In this document: positions 56,976 through 64,000 of the stretch, in pieces
Layout: each line of letters starts with the position of its first letter
Numbering within the stretch: position 1 is the stretch's first letter
Virus record (IMG/VR): IMGVR_UViG_3300022555_000010
Location: 32,001 to 96,000 of that record
Source of the DNA: a virus
Strand: one strand, 5' to 3'
DNA: 64,000 nucleotides
Position numbers and translations under genes: made by a program
The notes under the pieces: generated by a model
Told to the model about the DNA's origin: nothing
Seen by the model: only the letters and a program-made list of their open reading frames with translations
The model's database searches: none

Positions 56976-57911
56976 GTGAATATGATTATCAAAAGTAGAG
57001 TGACGGGGAAGAATGTCTTGGAAGTCCTGGAGAATTTCAGGATGGATGTGACATTGCCGAAGTTTGCAAGGCCGAAGCAGGAGACGACTAATCATTCCAA
57101 CTATAATGGGGCTGTGAAGATGTCCAGTATGTCCGGTATGGCAGGGTTCGGAATTGAACCGTCTGACGATGGAGTGTCAGAATCCTGGGACATAGCAACT
57201 ACTCCGATGTTCTTCAATACAGCCCAGAGCATAAATGGAGACTCTAAGACGGCCTACAGTATTGGTTGGAAGCGTCGGTTGGTGAAGAGGCTTGAGAAGA
57301 TGCTCAAGTTGAACAGGGAAGAGAAGAGGATTTACGGCAAGGTGAGTCCGATTGATATCTTCCTGTCGGCTCGTGGTTCCTTACAGGAGATCAAGGACTA
57401 TATTGACCGGGTGAAGATCTATGACGCGGTCATCAAGGATGCAATGTTGGCTGGGCAAATTGGTCGGGCGGATCAGTTGAAGAAGGCACGGAAGATTGTT
57501 CAACAGGAGAGTGTGCTTCGGGCAGCCGGGTTTAAGACCTTTCTGTCTGAGGAGACAGTCATTGACTTTGCGATCAAGTGTGAGAAGGGGTTGAGATTGG
57601 ATTGGGTTGCCAATTTTAATCGTCCCGTGCCGGCAGAGGTTTTGGCTAAGAAGGTTGAGGCAGATGCCTTGAAGATGTTTGACAACTATGCCATCCTGCA
57701 TTATGACCCGAGTCAATCGGCGTTTGTCTTGACCCCGGCAGAGGTTCAAAAACGGAAGGACCCGATCTTGTTCGGACTCCTGGAGAATTCCCGGAAACTG
57801 TATTTCATTGGAGACTGGAAAGACGATGTCTGTCAGTTGACGATGGAGGAAGTTGCTCGGGTCCTGGGGCATCCGGCAGGGGAGATCCCGGAAGATCCCA
57901 CGGCCATTTAG
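56976..57911 (+). CDS. conserved-looking hypothetical phage protein
   Basis: DNYAILHYDP, KDPILFG, LYFIGDW. Confidence 0.7.
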   Translation: MNMIIKSRVTGKNVLEVLENFRMDVTLPKFARPKQETTNHSNYNGAVKMSSMSGMAGFGIEPSDDGVSESWDIATTPMFFNTAQSINGDSKTAYSIGWKRRLVKRLEKMLKLNREEKRIYGKVSPIDIFLSARGSLQEIKDYIDRVKIYDAVIKDAMLAGQIGRADQLKKARKIVQQESVLRAAGFKTFLSEETVIDFAIKCEKGLRLDWVANFNRPVPAEVLAKKVEADALKMFDNYAILHYDPSQSAFVLTPAEVQKRKDPILFGLLENSRKLYFIGDWKDDVCQLTMEEVARVLGHPAGEIPEDPTAI

Positions 57912-57935
57912 CCGGATCGTCATATTAAAGTTGAA

Positions 57936-57976
57936 GTGCTCGACCTCGGGAAAACTGGGGGCGAGCATTTTCTTTT
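57936..57976 (+). terminator. intrinsic terminator
   Basis: GTGCTCG..CGAGCAT stem followed by T-rich tract. Confidence 0.7.
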
Positions 57977-58004
57977 CCGTATTCTGGAGTTGTTTCTGCA
58001 ATGT
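57975..58004 (+). promoter_or_regulatory. phage promoter-like motif
   Basis: TTCCGTAT-N15-GCAATGT. Confidence 0.85.
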
Positions 58005-58046
58005 ATAGATGTGCAGGTAACAAATAACAATAACGGAGAAGAAAAG

Positions 58047-58532
58047 ATGACCTTGACTATAAATGACTTGAAGGTGGGTTCGTTGGTGGTTGGGATGAAT
58101 GGTAAGATGGGTGTTGTGGTTGGGCATGAGTTGAATCGCCCGAAACATCCGATTATGTATAAGAACAGTCCGGATGGGGCTACTTATATCGCCGGGGCGG
58201 ATTATTTCAAGGCGATTCTCGGGTCGGTGGATATGGATGCCTTTAACAATGCGGCGATTAAAATGCCGATTTTCCCGAATATCCCTGCCTTTGTCCCGGC
58301 CTCACGAGAGCCTCTGTTTGGAACGGATATTGAGCACATCGGGATCGTTCCCGTCCAGATTGCAGAGATGAAACTAAAGTCTGGCGACCAGATTCAGGTC
58401 AGACACGGGTCACGAGTGATTACGGTCGAGTTCTCGGGGTTCAACTGGAACCGTCCGAAATACCCGGTGTCTTACACCATCAACGGGAAGAAATGGAAAG
58501 GGCCTTTGTCAGTAATCATCGGTAAGGCCTAA
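58047..58532 (+). CDS. hypothetical protein with two similar beta modules (NRPKHP / NRPKYP)
   Basis: SD GGAG; internal duplication. Confidence 0.65.
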   Translation: MTLTINDLKVGSLVVGMNGKMGVVVGHELNRPKHPIMYKNSPDGATYIAGADYFKAILGSVDMDAFNNAAIKMPIFPNIPAFVPASREPLFGTDIEHIGIVPVQIAEMKLKSGDQIQVRHGSRVITVEFSGFNWNRPKYPVSYTINGKKWKGPLSVIIGKA

Positions 58533-58553
58533 GAAGCCTTCAGAAGACGAGTT

Positions 58554-58602
58554 GTAAAGCCCTGTAGTCCAACCTGATACGGGGCTTTATATTTTCACTT
58601 TT
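58554..58602 (+). terminator. intrinsic terminator
   Basis: GTAAAGCCCTGTA..TACGGGGCTTTAT followed by T-rich tract. Confidence 0.75.
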
Positions 58603-58603
58603 C

Positions 58604-58633
58604 TTTCGTATTATAGTCAGGTTTCGGCAATGT
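58604..58633 (+). promoter_or_regulatory. phage promoter-like motif (TTTCGTAT variant), leaderless (ATG 58640)
   Basis: N15 spacing; N6-ATG opens a 48-aa ORF 58640-58786. Confidence 0.8.
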
Positions 58634-59296
58634 ATAGGTATGAACATTACATTCGATCTTGGACCGGACATTGAGGTTGAGGGTGACGAGTGGGAATCGC
58701 TAAAGATGGCCTTGGATGACATTGAACGGTTGGAAGATGAACGGAAATTGGGAGAGTTTCTCTCAGGATATCAGGTGCAATTATGACCAATGAAAGACAG
58801 GCTTTTAAACAGGGTGAGATTATCTCGTATTGTGGAGACACCTTTGAGGTTATCGAGAACTTCGGGGATACTGGGACGGTTAAAGAGACCGGGAAGGGTG
58901 GCACAGTGGTCACTGGGTTCCATTGGAACTTTGCCGGGGAGAAGAGTGTCAGGTTGGATTCGTGTGAAGCCTTGAGGATTCTGGACGGTGTGAAATGAGT
59001 CAAATCGGTGAAATAGCGAAGGAATGGCTGAAAGTTAAAAAAGCCAGTTTGGGGACTCGGGATGGACTTCCTGGGGAATTTCATCAAGAATACCTGTTTG
59101 CCGGGATCAAGGTCGGTTCCAGGGTGGCTATCAAGACAACTCACGGCAGTCTTTTAGAGGGTCGGGCGGTAATGAGGGGGCCGGCAGGGTGGGTCTTGAA
59201 CCTGGGAGGGGATCACGGGACTCCTGGGATAGCTTCGGAACGGAATGTGGTTTGGGTGACTGGGGCAAGCAAGATCCTGGGGTTCAAATAAAAACC

Positions 59297-59326
59297 TTCC
59301 GTATTGGGGTGTAAATCTGGCAATGT
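59297..59326 (+). promoter_or_regulatory. phage promoter-like motif, leaderless (ATG 59333)
   Basis: TTCCGTAT-N15-GCAATGT-N6-ATG. Confidence 0.85.
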
Positions 59327-59332
59327 ATAGGT

Positions 59333-60019
59333 ATGAAAAGGAACAACAACATGAAAGAGAATATCTTGAGAGTGACATTCGTCGTGCTGCTGTCGATTGT
59401 AGGATATGCCACCTATGACATCGCGGACTCGGTCTTCAACCCGGTGGTTGCTGATAAACCTGTTCTGACGAACACGGTTGCCAAAGTAACTGCGGTTCAA
59501 ACCGTTGTAACGAACAAGCCTTTACCGGTGGTAGCACCAAAGAAGGTTTCACCTGTGGTCAAGCCGAAAAAGTTTCTGATGGTTGCGGCCGACTTTGATC
59601 TGCCAGGGATTGACGGGAATCGGTTGATTGACTGGTTGGAGACGGCAGAGAATCCTGATGGGGACCCGGACATGGTTGGAGATACAAATCTTCGGCATCA
59701 TGCTTATGGAACTTTACAGATTCGGCAACCTTATTTAACGGATGTGATTCGTTTCGCCAAGAAGGACATGATCAAGAAATATGGTCGGGTTCTGACGATT
59801 AAGGATATGAAGGACCGGCAGAAGGCACGATGGGTTGCTCGGGTTTATCTTCATTGTTACGGGAAAGAATACACTCGGCGGACAGGTAAGATTCCGACCT
59901 ACAAGATTTATGCGAAGATACACAATGGGGGACCGGAAGGTTGGCATCCTCGGAATCTTGACACGAAACGGTATTGGGCGATGGTGGTTCGGGTGAATGG
60001 ATTGGAAGGGACGGTATAA
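59333..60019 (+). CDS. membrane-anchored lysozyme-like protein (i-type/destabilase-like)
   Basis: N-terminal TM, Pro/Val linker, E..GD..YGTLQI.QPY..D, AKIHNGGP.G..TKRYW. Confidence 0.75.
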   Translation: MKRNNNMKENILRVTFVVLLSIVGYATYDIADSVFNPVVADKPVLTNTVAKVTAVQTVVTNKPLPVVAPKKVSPVVKPKKFLMVAADFDLPGIDGNRLIDWLETAENPDGDPDMVGDTNLRHHAYGTLQIRQPYLTDVIRFAKKDMIKKYGRVLTIKDMKDRQKARWVARVYLHCYGKEYTRRTGKIPTYKIYAKIHNGGPEGWHPRNLDTKRYWAMVVRVNGLEGTV

Positions 60020-60414
60020 ATGTTGGACTTTTATAAAACAGGTGCAGGTCGAAGGTTCTGTGATTCGACGGTTCCAGATCTTGTGGAACAGATGAAGAGG
60101 CTCGCGGACGAGATGAGTCGGGCGAACAATCTGAAAGAGATGGAGTTGAAGAACATTGGACCGTTGTCTGCGACGACTCCTGGGGATATCGCGAAGGAAT
60201 TCATTCAGCCGACAAACAATTGGAATGAAGACACTCTGTTTGTGGAAAAGATATTAAAGAGTGTTGATTCCGAAGGAGGAAGTATCATTCTTCTCGGAGA
60301 AGATTATGAAAAGATCCGTGGCATAAATATTCGTGGAATGCTTTTGGCAGCCGGAGTCAAAATTGAACAAGATGACGATATGAATGAGGCAACCTTAACA
60401 AAGGATGAAGGCGG

Positions 60415-60861
60415 TTGATTATGAATAAGACAGAAATAATGGCAGCGGTTATGAGGACGATGAACAAGGCGAAGTCGGCGGTAAAGCCGGTCCCTGTGGT
60501 TCCGGAGATTCAAGCAGTGGGTGGAACAGTCTCCCCGGCAATGAATCAACAGGAGATTCAAACAGTATTGAGACAGGTCAAGGGAGCCTCGGGGATTCAG
60601 AATGTCCAGGACGGGACTCGGGTTCATATTCATTACAAATCATTTGGGGTTCCGACTCAACAGGGGATTCGATGTGCCTCTCGTGCGGCTGAACTGGGAT
60701 TGTCTCGGGATCGGTACACGGGCAGGATTCACCGGGTCTGGACTTCCTCTAAGGGTGATCAATGTGTCACGATGTGGGTGGAACTGGAACGGGATCATAT
60801 GTATCGAACATTGAACCTGGACAAGGGTGAAGTTTACAAGTTCATCATTCTCGGGGAGTAA
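60415..60861 (+). CDS. hypothetical protein
   Basis: ORF. Confidence 0.6.
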   Translation: MIMNKTEIMAAVMRTMNKAKSAVKPVPVVPEIQAVGGTVSPAMNQQEIQTVLRQVKGASGIQNVQDGTRVHIHYKSFGVPTQQGIRCASRAAELGLSRDRYTGRIHRVWTSSKGDQCVTMWVELERDHMYRTLNLDKGEVYKFIILGE

Positions 60862-60879
60862 TCCTGGGTATAATGGGTT

Positions 60880-61749
60880 ATGTATTCACTTCCGGTAGGC
60901 ATCTCAGTATTGACGAATGGGCAGAGATTGTCGAAACTCAAGGAGACTCTCGACAGGTTTCTGTCCTATTGTTATTACCGTCCGCTCGTTATCGGGATCT
61001 TCAATAACGGTTCAACAGATGATACAAAGCAGTGGTTGTATCAGTTACAGGCCAGTGATCCTCCCTATGGAGTGACTTACAAGATTGAACAGTCAGATGT
61101 GGACCTTGGTTGTGCGGAAGGCACGAATCGTGCATGTGGTCTGGTTCGTGCCTGTGAGTTCGCGATACACCTGGAGTCAGATTTCTATCCTCTGTCCAAT
61201 GAGCAATCAGGAGAGGATAAGTTATGGTTGAGACGGGCGATAGAGTTTATGCAGACGGTGGATTGCAATTATCTCTATTTGAGAAGGATGGTCGGGGAGT
61301 GGGAGATGATGGCTCACTATTGGTCACAATGGATGCCCAGGATTACGGAGCAGAGGGGAAAGTATTTGAATTGTCCGGATTTCTGGTGGAGTAACAATCC
61401 GGCGATACGACGAAATGAGGCTCTTTACAAGAACGGGACATTGCCATTGGATGTCACGAAGGACGGTCCGAAGGGGACACCAGCATGGAGCCAGCCGGAA
61501 TTGACAACGAAGGCACCTGGTCGAACCTGGATACATCAGTGGGGATTATTCATCCATGATCGGGAACTTCACGGGGATATTTTCGACAGACTGACTTGCA
61601 AGAAGATAGGAAAGCAGTGTAAGTATGGGTTTTTCAAGGATGGATCGAAAGAAGATCCGTTCTGTGAGTTGTGTGCGAATACTGAGGGTGGGTACAGGGA
61701 GATGCCGGAACACGAGGTTTGTTTCCGGGATTCATTAAGGGGTAAATGA
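60880..61749 (+). CDS. GT-A fold (GT2-like) glycosyltransferase
   Basis: IFNNGSTDDT, LGCAEGTN, HLESD. Confidence 0.7.
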   Translation: MYSLPVGISVLTNGQRLSKLKETLDRFLSYCYYRPLVIGIFNNGSTDDTKQWLYQLQASDPPYGVTYKIEQSDVDLGCAEGTNRACGLVRACEFAIHLESDFYPLSNEQSGEDKLWLRRAIEFMQTVDCNYLYLRRMVGEWEMMAHYWSQWMPRITEQRGKYLNCPDFWWSNNPAIRRNEALYKNGTLPLDVTKDGPKGTPAWSQPELTTKAPGRTWIHQWGLFIHDRELHGDIFDRLTCKKIGKQCKYGFFKDGSKEDPFCELCANTEGGYREMPEHEVCFRDSLRGK

Positions 61750-64000
61750 AAGTTGTTTTCGTAAATACTGTTGATTCTGACCAGCCTTCGGGTGGGGCCA
61801 AGCAGGCTTATCGGCATATTGATGTCCTCAATCAGTTGGGGATTGATTCCTGTTTCGCACATCCGACGCCGGGATTCAGGTATACCTGGTTCGACAATAA
61901 TACTCCTACGATTCACACGGATGATGTGGAATTGACGGCAGACGACTTTATGATCTTCGGGGAACTGGTTCATGAGGTTCCCAGGGTCAAGGGGTGGGAC
62001 AGGTGTGGAAAGGTCGTTCTATGTCAGAATGACTATAATGCTTTGGGTGGATTCAAGTTGGACTTGGCGAATACCCGGCAGACCTATCGGGAGGCGGCAG
62101 CAATCTTGTGTCCTTCTGAGAATGCGGTCAGCAACATCCAATTCATATTTCCATCGGCCAGGGTGATGAGATTCAAGTATTCATTTGATCGGGCACCACT
62201 GGAATTTAGTGCTGAAAAGGAATCACTTGTCGCGGTGATGCCCCGGAAGAGAGGGCACGAGATTGACGCTGTGCTGGCAGTGATTGGGATTCGATGGGTT
62301 CCCCCAGGATGGAATCTGCTACGATTGGACAATATGTCTGAAAAGGATGTCGCCAGAGCATTGAAGAGATGTGCAGCATTTTTGTCTCTGGGAGAGAAGG
62401 AAGGATTTGGGATGCCACCGGCAGAGGCTATGGCCTGTGGGTGTATTACGGTCGGTTATACGGGGTATGGTGGAAATGAGTTTATGTTGCCGGGTATTTC
62501 ATTCCCGGTGCCGGATGGGGACTTTATCGGGTTGTCTCGGGAGTTGATGAGGATTTTCAAGATGCCCCAAGAAGAACGGCTGGAGATTGCTCATAAGGCG
62601 TCAACCTTCATTCGGGCGACATATTCTACAAAGGATGAAGTGGAGAGTATCAAGGAGGCTTGGGGGAAGATTACGAGGCCGGTGATAGATCTTCGTTCAG
62701 ATGCCAGGTCAAGGATGAGGAAAGAGGTCGCGGCTTATGTCCCGGTATACAATGAGGGACCGTATCTGGAGAACATCCTGAAGTGGCTGATACCGCGTGT
62801 GGGAGAGATCTTTGTGGCGGAGAGTATTATTCCATGGTCGCCGAATGCGAAGGCAGGAGGGGAATCGAAGGCTATTGTGGACAAGGTGTTGGCTGAATGT
62901 CCGGAATCCAAGAATGTCATCCGTTATATGAGGGTTGGGGATCAGGAGGACAAGGATGACCCATTGCTTCGAGAGGCGAAGCAGAGGAATTCGATTTTGG
63001 AGAAGATCAGGGAATACGGATTCAAGTTCGTGTGGATGGTCGAGGCCGACGAGTTCTACCGTGACAATGAGGCAGAGGAGATGTGGAGTTGGTTCTTTGA
63101 CCGGGTGACGGAAGGAGCCAGGACTGCGAATTGCCATTGGCATACTTATTGGCGGTCGATTCATTGGAGGATTGATCCACCGGAGAATTTCAGACCGAAT
63201 GTCGCGTTTTTATCCGATTGCAAGTTCAGGCACGGAAGGATTCTGGAAGCCAAAGACGAGCAGATGTCTGTGGAAGTCCCGGACCGGGTTTGCATGATTA
63301 GGCATTATTCGTGGGCAAGGACTCCGGCTGACGTGAAGAACAAGTTGGCAGCCTGGGGACATTCAAAGGAATTGGACCCGGATTGGTATGAAAAGAAGTT
63401 CATGGCTTGGAAGCCAGGGGACGATATGTTCAATGTTCATCCGACGAATCCTGAGAGTTACAAGATGATTGTTCGGTGTGACTTGCCATTGCCGGAAGCG
63501 ATGAAGGGTCATCCATTCATTGACATGGAGATTATTGAAGATAAGAATAAGGAAGTTTTCGTTATGCCAGAAGTAAAAGAGTCTGTGAAGGTTAGGACGA
63601 ATCGGATTAAGGTGGTCATTATGCACCACAACAAGCCGGAGAATGCTGACAAACTCTGGGAGCAATTGTCTCCGGTGTTCGATGATGTTGAGATCTTTGA
63701 CAATGGTTCTGATCCTGGGAAGGTTCCGATTCACACAACTCGTTCAAGGGAGAATGTTTATTGGACAGGGACTTGGAATGAGGTCATGGCAACTTGCCAC
63801 GAGTATGATGCTGTCTGGGTCATTGGGTGTGATATCGAATTGATGTATCAGCCTGAAGACTATCGGACGGCGATTGAGAGCAGTTTGCCGTTTGGATGTT
63901 GGAGTCCCTGCATTGATGGTCGGGCACACGACTTTATGCAGGAAAAACACTATGGAGACAAGCATCCAGAAGAGGTTAAGAACATTGAGGGAATGGCCTT
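61746..64000 (+). CDS. multidomain glycosyltransferase (GT4 + GT2-like + third GT-A-like), runs off the window
   Basis: PSGGAK, EGFGMPPAEAMACG, VPVYNE, VEADE, FDNGSD; motif positions checked are in one frame; absent from ORF track, consistent with no stop in the window. Confidence 0.8.
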   Translation, partial: MKVVFVNTVDSDQPSGGAKQAYRHIDVLNQLGIDSCFAHPTPGFRYTWFDNNTPTIHTDDVELTADDFMIFGELVHEVPRVKGWDRCGKVVLCQNDYNALGGFKLDLANTRQTYREAAAILCPSENAVSNIQFIFPSARVMRFKYSFDRAPLEFSAEKESLVAVMPRKRGHEIDAVLAVIGIRWVPPGWNLLRLDNMSEKDVARALKRCAAFLSLGEKEGFGMPPAEAMACGCITVGYTGYGGNEFMLPGISFPVPDGDFIGLSRELMRIFKMPQEERLEIAHKASTFIRATYSTKDEVESIKEAWGKITRPVIDLRSDARSRMRKEVAAYVPVYNEGPYLENILKWLIPRVGEIFVAESIIPWSPNAKAGGESKAIVDKVLAECPESKNVIRYMRVGDQEDKDDPLLREAKQRNSILEKIREYGFKFVWMVEADEFYRDNEAEEMWSWFFDRVTEGARTANCHWHTYWRSIHWRIDPPENFRPNVAFLSDCKFRHGRILEAKDEQMSVEVPDRVCMIRHYSWARTPADVKNKLAAWGHSKELDPDWYEKKFMAWKPGDDMFNVHPTNPESYKMIVRCDLPLPEAMKGHPFIDMEIIEDKNKEVFVMPEVKESVKVRTNRIKVVIMHHNKPENADKLWEQLSPVFDDVEIFDNGSDPGKVPIHTTRSRENVYWTGTWNEVMATCHEYDAVWVIGCDIELMYQPEDYRTAIESSLPFGCWSPCIDGRAHDFMQEKHYGDKHPEEVKNIEGMA

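Noticed and set aside
1-64000. Minus-strand ORFs in the track (e.g. 26703-27566, 29496-30281, 42636-43379, 57381-58148)
   Set aside because: They are shadows of + strand genes, with no motifs or SD and composition mirroring the sense strand
1-64000. Stop-codon reassignment as the cause of the many short ORFs
   Set aside because: Long conserved genes are intact in the standard code; short ORFs change frame at ATGA-type overlaps and each ends in its own tag

Overview
This window looks like part of a large (jumbo-type) dsDNA bacteriophage genome in the standard genetic code. Essentially all credible genes lie on the + strand, densely packed with overlapping stop/start codons, and no structural operon is visible. 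Recognisable genes are an NAD-dependent DNA ligase, three AAA+ ATPases (one CobS/MoxR-like with a CobT/vWA partner), an SF2 helicase, a C-terminal-only Rad50/SbcC half, NADAR (T4 gp30.3-like), WGR, AAA_33 kinase, HNH, i-type-lysozyme-like, RmlC-like, TauE-like and glycosyltransferase genes. Five things stand out. (1) About 65 small, mostly Cys-rich genes at ~4.9-23.2 kb have divergent N-termini but share the C-terminal tag P-x-G-[TSC]-I-x-V-x-x-E-x-D. (2) This array straddles a non-coding, iteron-like region at ~7.8-8.3 kb where GC skew flips sharply (putative origin). (3) A helicase ends in half of a ~56-aa repeat, and the other half begins each of three downstream paralogous repeat proteins. 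(4) A motif TTCCGTAT-N15-GCAATGT occurs 13 times and looks like a phage-specific promoter, often leaderless. (5) A tRNA-Ala-like RNA has its anticodon arm replaced by a long hairpin. All family calls come from motif recognition by eye; no database search was run.
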